A DNA stretch of 51,331 nucleotides from a virus. Taxonomy: Duplodnaviria; Caudoviricetes. This document shows, piece by piece, positions 1 to 9,921 of the stretch. Numbering within the stretch: the first letter of the stretch is position 1; every line of letters begins with the position of its first letter. Location: positions 1 through 51,331 of the IMG/VR virus record IMGVR_UViG_3300010206_000020. One strand, 5' to 3'. The translations under genes were made by a program, and so were the position numbers. The notes below the pieces were generated by a model. The model worked only from the letters and a program-made list of their open reading frames with translations. It did not search any database and was not told where the DNA came from.

Positions 1-1298
1 CTCGCGACCACCGCGAAGCCGCGGCCGGCCTCGCCGGCGCGCGCCGCCTCGATGGTGGCGTTGAGCGCCAGCAGGTTGGTCTGGCCGGCAATGGTGTTGA
101 TCAGTTCGACCACGTCGCCGATCCGCGAGGCCGCGGCCGACAGTTCGCCGACGCGCTCGTTGGTGCTCTGCGCCTGCGCCACCGCCTCGCGGGCGATCCG
201 CGCGGAGTCCTGCACCTGGCGGCTGATCTCGGACACCGACGAGGCCATTTCCTCGGTCGCCGACGCCACCGATTGCACGTTGGCGGACGCCTGCTCGGAC
301 GCCGCGGCGACCGAGGTGGTGACCTCCTGGGCCCGCTGCGCATTCGAGGTCAGCGTGGTCGCCGACGCTTCCAGTTCGGTCGAGGCCGACGACACGGTCT
401 GGATCACCTCGCCGACCGCGGCTTCGAAGTCCTGCGCCAGCCGCGCCATGTCCTGCTTGCGCTGCGCCGCGATCTTGCGATCCTGCTCGACCTTGGCGGC
501 GGCTTCCTGCCGCGCCTTTTCGTCGAGCATCAGCTTGATGCCGCCGACCGCCTGGGCGGTCTGACCGATCTCGTCGCCCCGATCGATGCCGGAAATCTCG
601 ACGGTCTCGCCGCGGGCCATCGCCTGCAGATCGCCGACCAGCCGGCCGATCGGCCGCGCAATGCCGAACTGCACGATCGCAAACGCCAGCGCCAGCACCG
701 CGAGGAACGCCCCGCCGACCATCAGCACGGTGAGACGAACGGTGCTGACGACGTCGGCCGAGAGCGTTTCAGAACGCGCGGTCAGGTCCCGGTCGACCTT
801 CGCCGACACGACGGCCATCATGTCGCGGATGGCCTTGGTGTCCTTGGCGATGTCATACGACAGACGGATCGCCTCTTCGTTGTTGTTGCTCTTCGTCGCC
901 CGTTCCATCCGCGGAAACTTCTTCGTCATGACGTCGTCGAACATCCGCGCCATCGAATCAAAATCTGCAGCAAGGGCGGGCAAGAACTTCCGCGCCAGGG
1001 CAATCTGCTCGCTGAACTCCTTGGTGTTGGTGGCGACCTCCCCGCTGATGGCGTCCATCGCGGCGGCGTCGGTCTCGGCGATCATGCGCCACGACAGCCG
1101 GCCGAAATTGTAGATCCGCGCCGCGGCGCGGATGTTGGCCTTCACCCCCTGAACGTCTCTGTCGAGCATGTCCGAATACAATCGGTCGATCTCGCTCATC
1201 TTCGCGGTGGCGTACCAGACGCCGCCGCCCACCACGACGCTGAGCAAAAGAAGACAGGCGAGGATCTTGTAGAGAATCTTCACGTTCGAGAGTTTCAC
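1..1298 (-). CDS. Methyl-accepting chemotaxis protein (host; 3' end runs off the window)
   Basis: Manual translation from GTG at 1298 gives two TM segments, a HAMP region (RGDEIGQTA) and the signalling hairpin [33 protein letters not shown]. Confidence 0.95.
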   Translation of the reverse strand, partial: MKLSNVKILYKILACLLLLSVVVGGGVWYATAKMSEIDRLYSDMLDRDVQGVKANIRAAARIYNFGRLSWRMIAETDAAAMDAISGEVATNTKEFSEQIALARKFLPALAADFDSMARMFDDVMTKKFPRMERATKSNNNEEAIRLSYDIAKDTKAIRDMMAVVSAKVDRDLTARSETLSADVVSTVRLTVLMVGGAFLAVLALAFAIVQFGIARPIGRLVGDLQAMARGETVEISGIDRGDEIGQTAQAVGGIKLMLDEKARQEAAAKVEQDRKIAAQRKQDMARLAQDFEAAVGEVIQTVSSASTELEASATTLTSNAQRAQEVTTSVAAASEQASANVQSVASATEEMASSVSEISRQVQDSARIAREAVAQAQSTNERVGELSAAASRIGDVVELINTIAGQTNLLALNATIEAARAGEAGRGFAVVA

Positions 1299-1759
1299 GG
1301 CAGTGCCCCCAGAATTGGTCGCGCCAACCTCAGATCGAAGCCGGCACGTTGATGATCAGACAGTGTCCGGCAGCCGCCCGACACCTTTCGTTCAAGACAT
1401 CCACGACGACGGCCGTCGTCGCGCGACATGGTGTGTTGAATTGCCGCGGGTGATCGCGCGGCGATCCGCAATTCCGCGCCCGACCGGTTTCAGCGACGCT
1501 CTGCCGGTCAAACCGATCTGCAGAGCAGCGATGACAAAACGCCGGGCGGACAACGCCGAAATCAATTGATACGAGTCCTGCAGCCTCCGAAGTCAGCTAG
1601 GGCGATGCGAACGAGTTTGCAGCAGACGACATAATTCGCCGTGAGTACAAATTCGGTCAGCAGAGACAAGCACAGCGAGGGAGTTGATTTGGCGCAATCA
1701 ACGACCGAGGAGGTGGAGTAGTTGGCAAGGCCTACCCCGACCGATGAAAGAGGGGTGCG

Positions 1760-2827
1760 ATGGCGGCGAGCGACGGCGCGAAAGCGTCGACTTCGGTTTT
1801 CGCGCCTGAGTTTTTGACGCCGATGAAGCGCGACGATACGACCGAGCTGTTGAAGGATTTCTCGATCCTGCGGACAGCGGATCCCGGCGCGGCGCGCCGA
1901 GCGATCAAGGACCGCTTCGGTTTCGATCTGATCGCACCGGACGCCCCTGATTTTTTCGCACGGGGCAGCCTCGTCGAATTGTCGAGCATTTCGCTGTTCT
2001 GCGCGGCCAGTTCGCTGCCGCTTCGGGTGCAGCTTCCTGCCAGCGACACGACCTATGTCCGTTTGTTTCTCCGTGGCGGCTGCGCGATCACGACCGGCAA
2101 GTCCCGCGTCGAGGCCGCCGAGGGCGAAGCGCTGGTGTGCTCGCCCGGACGCGCCGCACAGCTCGACTACAGCGCCGACCACGAACAGCTGGTCCTGATC
2201 ATTCCGCCGGCGACGCTGGACCGAGCCATCACCAAGCTCACCGGGATCCCGTCACGGCTGCCGATCGCGTTCGAACCGGCGATTCCGCCCGACGACCCGC
2301 GCTACGCCGGCTTCCGCGATCTGATGCTGCTGCTGGCGGGAGGCCTCGACCGCGCGTTTTCGGCCTGGCCGCAGGCGACGCTGGTGCATCTCGAACAGGC
2401 GCTGGTCGGTTCGTTGCTGTTCTGCAGCCGCCACAACCTGCGGCGACTGCTGTCTCCGGAAGACGCCGGCACGGTGCCCGCCCCGGTCCGGATCGCCGAG
2501 CACTATGCCGAGCTTCGCTGCGAGTCCGAGATCGCCGTCGAGGACATGGCGCGCGCGGCCGCCGTCAGCGTCTCGACATTGACTCGGATGTTTCTCAAAT
2601 TCCGCGGGATGTCGCCCTCCGCCTTCATCAAGCGGACCAAGCTGGCGCACGCCAGACAGCTGCTCGAATCCGGCGCGGCGAGCACGGTGATCGGGGTGGC
2701 GCTGCGCTGCGGCTTCACCAATCCGAGCCGGTTCGCCAATGATTACCGCGAGGCGTTCGACGAATCGCCGACCGAAACGCTGCGCCGGCGGCGCCCCGCG
2801 GCGCCGCCAAACCTGCAAAAATATTAA
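1760..2827 (+). CDS. AraC-family transcriptional regulator (host)
   Basis: C-terminal double HTH (VEDMARAAAVSVSTLTRMF; VALRCGFTNPSRFANDYREAFDESPTETL); start could be a downstream ATG. Confidence 0.92.
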   Translation: MAASDGAKASTSVFAPEFLTPMKRDDTTELLKDFSILRTADPGAARRAIKDRFGFDLIAPDAPDFFARGSLVELSSISLFCAASSLPLRVQLPASDTTYVRLFLRGGCAITTGKSRVEAAEGEALVCSPGRAAQLDYSADHEQLVLIIPPATLDRAITKLTGIPSRLPIAFEPAIPPDDPRYAGFRDLMLLLAGGLDRAFSAWPQATLVHLEQALVGSLLFCSRHNLRRLLSPEDAGTVPAPVRIAEHYAELRCESEIAVEDMARAAAVSVSTLTRMFLKFRGMSPSAFIKRTKLAHARQLLESGAASTVIGVALRCGFTNPSRFANDYREAFDESPTETLRRRRPAAPPNLQKY

Positions 2828-2832
2828 GCTTT
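2820..2832 (+). repeat. Left att core AATATTAAGCTTT
   Basis: Identical to 50569-50581; overlaps the AraC TAA. Confidence 0.8.
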
Positions 2833-2937
2833 CTTCGTTACAACAGCATACACACGCCAGCAAAACCGTTTTAACATACTGACGTAGCTGTGTTTTCTAG
2901 TTCAGCGCCAGCCTTGAATTTTGGCATACGTACAAGA

Positions 2938-2961
2938 CTTTGGGCGCGCCTTTGGGCGCGC
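2938..2961 (+). repeat. Tandem CTTTGGGCGCGC x2, candidate integrase arm-type sites
   Basis: Perfect 12-bp tandem about 105 bp inside the left att; related TTGGGCGC/TTGAGCGCG copies near 50415-50443. Confidence 0.5.
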
Positions 2962-3597
2962 TCACGCGAACAGCCCGCCGCCAAGCAGCGCTTGGCGGCG
3001 TTGCTGTTCAGCAGCGGCCAAGCTGGCGCGCGCCTGCGCCGCATTGCTCCCCTGCACCGCGAACATCGCCCCGAGATCGAGAGCCGGCGGAACGGCCGGC
3101 GGTGGCACGAACGCCGCTGATAGCGGCGCGGACGCGTCGGCCATCGCCGGCGTTGCGCCTGGCGCCGGCGCAACGCCGGCCAGTTCCTGCGCTTTCCCGA
3201 GCCGGTTCGCCCAGCCGTGCCCCGCTTCCGGGTTCGCCGCGCTGTAGCCCGCCGGGCGCTCGTACATCATGCCGGCGCGGACGGCCGACGCGACGTCCGG
3301 AGCGGCGCGCAGCGCGTCCCCCGCCCGCTTCTCGGTCGTGTTCAGCTCGCGGTCGAGCCAGCCGAGCTGCGTATCGAGCGCGTTGGGGTCCTGGCCGGTC
3401 GAGCGGGCGAAGTCGTAGAGCCCGGACAGCCGATCGCCGCGCCACTGGAAAACGCCGCGCGCGGTGCCGTTATCGCCGACGGCGTCGGTGCGCAGGCCGC
3501 TTTCCTGCACGCCGTGGCCGACAAGGGCGGCCGCCTGGTGCGGCTGGTAGCCGCGTTTCAGCAGCCATTGCATGGCGTATTGAACATTACCGGCCAT
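2962..3597 (-). CDS. Phage tail lysozyme-domain (Phage_lysozyme2-like) virion/ejection protein
   Basis: QAAALVGHGVQESGL..GDNGTARGVFQW..R motif; last gene of the virion operon; ends GGLFA. Confidence 0.85.
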   Translation of the reverse strand: MAGNVQYAMQWLLKRGYQPHQAAALVGHGVQESGLRTDAVGDNGTARGVFQWRGDRLSGLYDFARSTGQDPNALDTQLGWLDRELNTTEKRAGDALRAAPDVASAVRAGMMYERPAGYSAANPEAGHGWANRLGKAQELAGVAPAPGATPAMADASAPLSAAFVPPPAVPPALDLGAMFAVQGSNAAQARASLAAAEQQRRQALLGGGLFA

Positions 3598-6535
3598 CGC
3601 CGTTCTTCCTCGTGATCGCGCTCTTGACCGGATCGTCCTCGGGCTTCGCCGTCAGGATCTCGGTCAGCGTCGAGGCCTCGTTGCCGAGATAGGCCTTGGC
3701 GGTCCGCGCCAGCGCCGCCCGGTTCGCCGGGTTGCCTTCGCGCAGCAGATTGGCCGCCAACTCGGGTTCGAGCAGCGCGCGATCGAGCAGCCGTTCGACG
3801 GCATCGTTCTGCGCTCCGCGGACCGCGCGCCGGGCCACGACTGAGCCGAGCGCGGTCAGCATGAAGCCGAGCGACGTCTGGCCACGCTTGTAGGCGTAGA
3901 ACCGGCTTTGCAGCGTCTCGGGCGTCAGCACCTGCGAAATGCTCTGCGCGGTGCCCGAGGTGTTGGTGGCCTTCGCGCGTGAGCGCAAATCGACGTTCTG
4001 CAGCTCGTCGGCGATCCGCCGGACGTTCTGCAGGTGCTCCGGATTGTCGCGGTACAACCGCTCGGCGACGGCCGCGTTCGCGGGGTTGTCGAGAAAGTTT
4101 TTCAGGCGGTTCGGCATCCACGGTTGAGTGCCGTCGAGCGTCCGCGTCGTCTCCCCGTTCGACCGCGACTTTGCCTGCATCAGATCCCAAAACGATTTCC
4201 GCGCACCGGCGACAGCGGCCGGGTCGTTGTTCACAAACCCCAGCAATTCGTCGGCCGCCTGTGACGGGTTCTTGGACGCCAGCACGCCCTTGATCGCGTC
4301 CTGCGCGCGCTCGTCGCCGTACTGCAGGTATTTGCCCACGGTGCTGACGCCGCGCTCGTCGCCCGGCTGGCCGTAGTCGCGCACGGTCTGCTGCTGCCGA
4401 CCCTGCGCGGCGGCTTCCGCCTCGCGCGCCGCGGTCGCCGCATCCAGTTCCTGCCGGAGCCCCGGAAAGCGGTCGATTTGCTCGCCGTGCGCACCGACGA
4501 AGTCGCGAATGCGCTGCGCGCTCGACGTGTCGCCGCGCGACAGCACCTCGTCGCGGATCGCAGCTCGGGTCTGCGGCGTGTCGGCCTGCGCGAATAGCCG
4601 GTCCATCGCTTCCGGGTTGACGAAGCGCCCGGCTACCTGATCGTCGCGCAGCCGCGGCCGCCCGCCCTCACGCACGGCCAGCGCGTCGGCGACGGGATCT
4701 CCGGGGCGGCCGAACGCCTCGGCCTCGGCGAACTTCGCCTGACGGGCGGCCGCGAGCGCCTGCTGCTGCTCGGGGGTGAGGTTTTGCCCGACGAACCGCT
4801 CGACCGCGTCGCCGACTTGGCTCATGACGCGCGCGGCGTTGCGCCCGCCGTTCTCCGCCCGCGGATCGGCCAGCGCAGCGCGCTCGCGGCGGCTCAGCTC
4901 GGACAGCAGATCCGTTGCTTCCTTCATGTCGACAGGCTCGGGCGCCGGCGGCGCGCGCATGATCGGCTGGCCGTCCGGGCCGAGCACGCCGGTTGGCGTC
5001 GGCGCTTCCTCGACCGGCGCCAGGCGCTGCACGCGCGCCAATAGGCCCTCCGGCAACAGGCTGCGCTCCGTCTGCGTCAGGTTGGCCGTGGCGCCGTCCA
5101 CAGCGGCCGCCAGCTCGCCCCCGTCGATCGGCTCGCGCGCGATGTCGGCATTCGCGTAGGCGGCCTCGGTGCGATCGCGGGCGGTCTGGCGCGCGTCTTC
5201 AAGCGCCGTCCGGACGGTGTTTCCGCGTTCGCCCGGCGTGGTCGTCGGCGTGAGCCCCGCGGCGGCGCGCGCGGCTTCGTCCTGCGCGTTCGTGGCCTGA
5301 ACCGTGGCGTCGCTCAACCTTCGGTTTCGTTCCAGCTCCAATTCTGCGCGCAGATCCGCCGGGTTGCCGTCGGGCGCGTTGCGGTTCATGGCCTGGTCGA
5401 CGGCCGCTGTGTTCTCGGTCCGCCGTTCGGTGAAGCGCCCAGCGTTCGGGCCGGACTGCCGGCCGTATTCGAGCGCGGCCAGGCCCGGGTCGCCCGTGCG
5501 GTCGGCGACGCTGTCCTTGAACCCCGGAATGACCGTTTCGACACGGCGGCCGCCCGTGATTGCGTCGACCAGCGCCTGTGTGTCGATCGGCTGGCCGTCG
5601 ACCTTCGGCAGCATGTCGGCGTTGTTCGCGAGCCGGTCAACCACCGTGTCGGTGACGGTCTGGTTGCTGAATTTGTCGGGCCGGAAAACGGCGGTCGCCA
5701 CGTCCTTGACCGGGCCGCCGACCATGCGCGCCGCGCCGAGGCTTGCGGCGCCGCCGAGCGCGCCGAGGATATCGAGCGTGTTCGCCACCGCGCCGTGCTC
5801 TTTGGCGCCACCAGCGCGCGCCAGCTCGCCGGCCACGGCCGCGCCGCCGCCGGCGGCCGCCGCGGTCGCCATCTCTTTGCCCGCGAATGCGCCCGGGTTG
5901 ATCGCCGCCGGCTCGACGAACATTCGCGCCAGCGTCGGCAGCTCGCGGGCCGCCTGAACGCCCATGCGTCCAGCCCGCACCGCGGCGCCGACCGGCAGCG
6001 CGGCCGCGCCGATCTCCTCGGCGCCGCGCGTCAACATGCGCTCGGTTGCCGTGCTCGGCGGCCGGACGTCCGGGATGATGCCGCCCAAGCGCAGCAACTC
6101 GTCGAGCGACGCCGAGCCGCCGACCGGCTTTTCCGCGACCGGAAGCCCCGCCAGCGAAAGCCCGGCATTCACGGCGTCGACGGGCAGGCCGACGATTTTC
6201 GTCAAACCGCGGCGGATGCCGGCCGGCACATAGGCCGCTTGGTCGCCAACCGCCGACAGGGTCGCGCCGCTGTTCATCACCGCGGATTTCAGTGTGTCCA
6301 GCCAGGACGGCTGCGGCGGGTTGGCGGCCGCGCTGAGCGCCGCAACGTCGGCCTTCGCGCGCGCATCCATCACCTCGGGCTGTTGCGCCACCGCGCGGTC
6401 CGCCTCGGCGGCGAGCGCGGGCAGAGCCGGAGCGGCAGGCGCCGGCGCGGCCGACAGGATCTCGGACACTTCCGCGTCCGTCGCGTCGTCGGGAACGGCG
6501 ATCGAGCGGCCTTCGAACTGAACGAGGCGCGTCAA
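3587..6535 (-). CDS. Large internal virion/ejection protein (~980 aa)
   Basis: TTG start at 6535 overlaps the upstream TGA with GGAGG upstream; Ala-rich helical protein at the usual podovirus position. Confidence 0.7.
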   Translation of the reverse strand: MTRLVQFEGRSIAVPDDATDAEVSEILSAAPAPAAPALPALAAEADRAVAQQPEVMDARAKADVAALSAAANPPQPSWLDTLKSAVMNSGATLSAVGDQAAYVPAGIRRGLTKIVGLPVDAVNAGLSLAGLPVAEKPVGGSASLDELLRLGGIIPDVRPPSTATERMLTRGAEEIGAAALPVGAAVRAGRMGVQAARELPTLARMFVEPAAINPGAFAGKEMATAAAAGGGAAVAGELARAGGAKEHGAVANTLDILGALGGAASLGAARMVGGPVKDVATAVFRPDKFSNQTVTDTVVDRLANNADMLPKVDGQPIDTQALVDAITGGRRVETVIPGFKDSVADRTGDPGLAALEYGRQSGPNAGRFTERRTENTAAVDQAMNRNAPDGNPADLRAELELERNRRLSDATVQATNAQDEAARAAAGLTPTTTPGERGNTVRTALEDARQTARDRTEAAYANADIAREPIDGGELAAAVDGATANLTQTERSLLPEGLLARVQRLAPVEEAPTPTGVLGPDGQPIMRAPPAPEPVDMKEATDLLSELSRRERAALADPRAENGGRNAARVMSQVGDAVERFVGQNLTPEQQQALAAARQAKFAEAEAFGRPGDPVADALAVREGGRPRLRDDQVAGRFVNPEAMDRLFAQADTPQTRAAIRDEVLSRGDTSSAQRIRDFVGAHGEQIDRFPGLRQELDAATAAREAEAAAQGRQQQTVRDYGQPGDERGVSTVGKYLQYGDERAQDAIKGVLASKNPSQAADELLGFVNNDPAAVAGARKSFWDLMQAKSRSNGETTRTLDGTQPWMPNRLKNFLDNPANAAVAERLYRDNPEHLQNVRRIADELQNVDLRSRAKATNTSGTAQSISQVLTPETLQSRFYAYKRGQTSLGFMLTALGSVVARRAVRGAQNDAVERLLDRALLEPELAANLLREGNPANRAALARTAKAYLGNEASTLTEILTAKPEDDPVKSAITRKNGDGR

Positions 6536-7977
6536 TTTGCCGCCCTCCGCAGCTTGCCGTCCGGCCCGCGCTCCCACACCTCCGGCGCAGCGGGGGCCGC
6601 GGGCGCGGCAGGCGGCGCGCCGGCGGTCTGGCCGATCTTCGCGGCGGCCGGGGCCGACGGTGCCAGGATCGCGCGCCGGCTCTCGATCATGCGGTCGAGC
6701 TGGTCCAACGTCGCGACCGTCCGTTGCGAGTTGCCGGTCAGTCCGCCGTTGCCGAGCGCCGCCGCAACCTGCTGGTAGCGGTCGTTCGAAATGCGGCCGT
6801 TCGGGTCGAGCACCTTGGCGACCTGTGCGGTCAACAGCGTTTCGAGCAGCGACGTTGCCGGGATGCTCGGGTCGAAATTGTTGAACTTCGCCACCACTTC
6901 CGGGTCGATGCGGCCAGCCGCAATGTCGGCCTTCGCTTTCTGGATATTCACGTCGAACAGTTTGCCGACCTCGCCGCCGGCGGCGAGCACGTCCTGCACG
7001 GTGCCGCGGAGCTTGCCGACCAGCCCCTGCGAGCCGGGGTTGGAGGTGATCATCTGGCGCAGTTGCTTCGACGTGTCCTGCGCGAGCGTCAGGTCGACCA
7101 ACATGCTGTCGACGTTGTTCTGCGTACTGGCGCCGAGGCCGGTGTTCTGCTTGTCGCCCTGCAAATTGGCCGAGTAAGTTTGGGTGCCGGCCGGAAGCTC
7201 GGCGCCGGTCTGCGTCTCGGTCCACTTTCCCGTGTCGCGGTTGAACGCCGCGGTGCCGACACGGCCGTCGGGCGTTTTGAAGTTCGCCACCTGCGCCGGC
7301 AGGTTGTCTTTCTCGTAGGCCGTCTGACCGACCGCGTCGGGCGTGAACGCGACCGTCGGCTTGCCGTCCGGGCCGACGACGTTCGTCGTGCCGACACCTT
7401 GCAGCGCCGCGGCGCGCTGCTCGCCGGCGGGGAGCCGGCCGATGATCGCGGCTTTGATCTCGCTCTCGTTCAGCGGCTTCGCCGCCCCGGTCACGGTGCT
7501 GCCGTCCGGCCGCTGCACGATCTGGCCTTGGCCGACGGTCACGTTGCCGCCGATCGTCTGCGGCAAGCCGGTCGCGGCTTGCGTCTGCTGCGGCAAGACG
7601 GCCGTCTGGCCGTCACCGACGACGATCGGCGTCGCATAGAGCCGCGACAGCGCCGCGTCGGCGCCGATCTTCGCAACGTCGCGTTGCGCGCCGGCGGCGA
7701 CGTCCTGCCCGCGGAGCGTGGTCGTGTTGTTCTGATCCTGCGCATAGAAACTCTGCGTCGGCGCGTAGTTGCCGACGGCGATGTTCTTGCGGTCGAAATT
7801 CGGGTCGCTCGGGTTGGCGAACAACTCGGCGAGCCGCGCCGCTTTCTCGCGCTCGGCCGACGCCTTGGTGTAGCCGAGCACGTCCGCGCCGGTCGGCGTC
7901 GCGAACGCCGCTGACAAATTGTCGAACGCCGACGCGATTGCCGGGTCGTAGTAATAGCTGTTCTTCCTGATCGCCAT
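6532..7977 (-). CDS. Internal virion/ejection protein
   Basis: 481-aa ORF coupled in the virion operon; Gln/Ala/Gly/Thr-rich. Confidence 0.65.
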   Translation of the reverse strand: MAIRKNSYYYDPAIASAFDNLSAAFATPTGADVLGYTKASAEREKAARLAELFANPSDPNFDRKNIAVGNYAPTQSFYAQDQNNTTTLRGQDVAAGAQRDVAKIGADAALSRLYATPIVVGDGQTAVLPQQTQAATGLPQTIGGNVTVGQGQIVQRPDGSTVTGAAKPLNESEIKAAIIGRLPAGEQRAAALQGVGTTNVVGPDGKPTVAFTPDAVGQTAYEKDNLPAQVANFKTPDGRVGTAAFNRDTGKWTETQTGAELPAGTQTYSANLQGDKQNTGLGASTQNNVDSMLVDLTLAQDTSKQLRQMITSNPGSQGLVGKLRGTVQDVLAAGGEVGKLFDVNIQKAKADIAAGRIDPEVVAKFNNFDPSIPATSLLETLLTAQVAKVLDPNGRISNDRYQQVAAALGNGGLTGNSQRTVATLDQLDRMIESRRAILAPSAPAAAKIGQTAGAPPAAPAAPAAPEVWERGPDGKLRRAAN

Positions 7978-7978
7978 C

Positions 7979-8698
7979 TTAGGCCCCGTACGTCAAGAAC
8001 GGCGAAACGGCGGTCGGCCAAGCACTGCTGGCCTGCGCGGCCGCCGGCAGGATATTGAGCGGCGCGCCGACGGCCGCCGTCGCGCCCGCGGCGACCGGCG
8101 CCAGAGCGCCCGATAGACCGGCTGACAGCCCGACCTTGCCGAGCCCGGCGAACAAGTCGGCGAGTTGCTTCTCGCTGTCGCCCGCATGGCTCGCCGCGTC
8201 CATTTCCAGAGCGTTGACGCCTGCTGAGCCCTTTTTATATCCGCCGATCTGCGACAGCGTGCCGGCGTCGCGCGCCTGGTTCAAGCTGATCCGGCCAAGC
8301 AAATCGCCGAAGGACTGCAGATTGCCTTTGGCTTCGCCCTGCTGCACCCCGAACGCCTTGGCGATCGCCATCCGGTTGTCGATCTCGCGGTTCACAAGAT
8401 CCGAAGTCGATGCCGGCACCGTCGAGCCCGGCAGCACAGTGCCCGCGCCGACAGCCGATTTGTAGAAGTCGCCGAGCGTCTTCGCGCGGTCCGCCATCTG
8501 AGTGTCGAAGCCGGCGTAGCGCTGCAGCGCGCCGGAATTGACACCTGCCGCCTCGGCGTCAAGCGCACCCTGCCGGCCCCGCTCGGCGCCGAACGTGCTG
8601 GCGCGCGCCGCGTTGACCTCATCCTGCGCGTTACCCGCGAACAGCGACGAGAGAAGCGTTGACCCGGCGCCGGCGCCGGCAAGCAGCAAAGGAAGCAT
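7979..8698 (-). CDS. Small ejection (pilot-like) protein
   Basis: Hydrophobic Gly/Ala N-terminus (MLPLLLAGAGAGSTLLSSLF) and gene position. Confidence 0.6.
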   Translation of the reverse strand: MLPLLLAGAGAGSTLLSSLFAGNAQDEVNAARASTFGAERGRQGALDAEAAGVNSGALQRYAGFDTQMADRAKTLGDFYKSAVGAGTVLPGSTVPASTSDLVNREIDNRMAIAKAFGVQQGEAKGNLQSFGDLLGRISLNQARDAGTLSQIGGYKKGSAGVNALEMDAASHAGDSEKQLADLFAGLGKVGLSAGLSGALAPVAAGATAAVGAPLNILPAAAQASSAWPTAVSPFLTYGA

Positions 8699-9471
8699 TA
8701 CGACACCCTCACAGATCCCGAGGGCGCGAACAGCCCGGTATTGAACGGGGCCTTTACCGCGCCGTTACTGTAGTACTGCGCGCGCTCCGCGGCGGCTTGC
8801 GTTCCGAGCGCGCTGGTGAAGTTGTCGAATAGCGCGCTCAGCGGCGAAAACGCCGTCGGCGCCGATAGCGCATTCGCGCGCGACAACGCGCTATTGACTG
8901 CGCCCTCGACGTCGCCGGTGCTCGACAGCATCTTGATCAGATCGGCGCGGGCCGCCTCGACGTTGCCGCGCGCGTCGGTCGCCGTGGCGTTGGCCTTGTC
9001 GTAAAGGCCCTGCCGCGCGGCGTCAGTCTCGCGCTGCAGCTGGGCCTCTTTCTCGGCGCGCGTCGAGCTGTTCAGCGTCCCGGAGCGGTCGAGCGCGAAC
9101 GTCAGTTGCTTGCGTGCGTCCGCGGCTTGCTGGTCGAGCTGCGGCAGCGCGTAGTCGAGATACGACTGCTTGCGCCCGTTGTAGAAGTCCTCGTTGAACC
9201 CCTTGAAACCGCCGTTGTCGAACGGTGCCGGTTCAGGCGCCGCGGCCTGGCCGCCGACAGCGCCGCCGGACGCGACAAAGGCTTTTGCGTCGCCGACCGA
9301 CAGCCCCGGCCCGGACGTCGGCGCTGCGGCCGGCGTGTAGGGTGTGCCATCGAACAGAGAGTTGATCCGGGCCGTGCCGTCGCGGATCTTCGCCTGCCGT
9401 GCGGCCTCGTCGGCCCGCGCTTGCGCGGCGATCGTTGCCGAGTTGTCGTTTCCGCCTTTTTTAGCCATCAC
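8698..9471 (-). CDS. Virion-associated protein
   Basis: 257-aa ORF coupled between the GNAT gene and the ejection genes. Confidence 0.6.
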   Translation of the reverse strand: MMAKKGGNDNSATIAAQARADEAARQAKIRDGTARINSLFDGTPYTPAAAPTSGPGLSVGDAKAFVASGGAVGGQAAAPEPAPFDNGGFKGFNEDFYNGRKQSYLDYALPQLDQQAADARKQLTFALDRSGTLNSSTRAEKEAQLQRETDAARQGLYDKANATATDARGNVEAARADLIKMLSSTGDVEGAVNSALSRANALSAPTAFSPLSALFDNFTSALGTQAAAERAQYYSNGAVKAPFNTGLFAPSGSVRVS

Positions 9472-9920
9472 GCGCCCCGTTTTCGCGTAACGAAATTCCC
9501 CACGGGCTCAAAGCCGAAGTGCCCTAGCAGGCGCGTGGTTCTATCCGTCGTCAGCCGGTTGTCGTTGCCGCCGGTGCTCTCGGTTGCGCCGAGACGGTCA
9601 CTCCAACGACAAAATTCGGCTATCAGAAGCGCGGCGGCCCGAGTGCCGCGATAGTCGGGGTGAACAAACGTACCACAAAGCGTGGTGAAAATGCCATCCG
9701 AGAAATCGAACGCCGAGATCGAGGCCTGCAATACGCCGGCCACCGCCCCTCGGTCGTCGCAGAAGAAAAACGTCGGATTGGCGGTTTTCAGGTAGGCTCG
9801 GAACGTCCTCCGGGCCGCGGTCTCGCTGAACGGCCGGTGCGGGTAGCTCTCCAACGCGCAGGCGCGCGCCAGCTCGACGAACGTGTTTTCCTCGCATTCG
9901 AGCGGCAGGCGGACGAACAC
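9468..9920 (-). CDS. GNAT-family acetyltransferase
   Basis: FVHPDYRGTRAAALL acetyl-CoA motif and GFEPVG; GTG start at 9920. Confidence 0.75.
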   Translation of the reverse strand: MFVRLPLECEENTFVELARACALESYPHRPFSETAARRTFRAYLKTANPTFFFCDDRGAVAGVLQASISAFDFSDGIFTTLCGTFVHPDYRGTRAAALLIAEFCRWSDRLGATESTGGNDNRLTTDRTTRLLGHFGFEPVGNFVTRKRGA

Positions 9921-9921
9921 G

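Noticed and set aside
2861-2900. dif-like site (minus strand TATGTTAAA)
   Set aside because: Only a partial XerD-like half with no XerC arm, and the phage has its own integrase and att repeats.
6536-7225. N-terminal 230 aa of the 1212-aa ORF 3587-7225
   Set aside because: It overlaps the real gene 6532-7977 out of frame; an RBS and TTGA overlap support a start at 6535.
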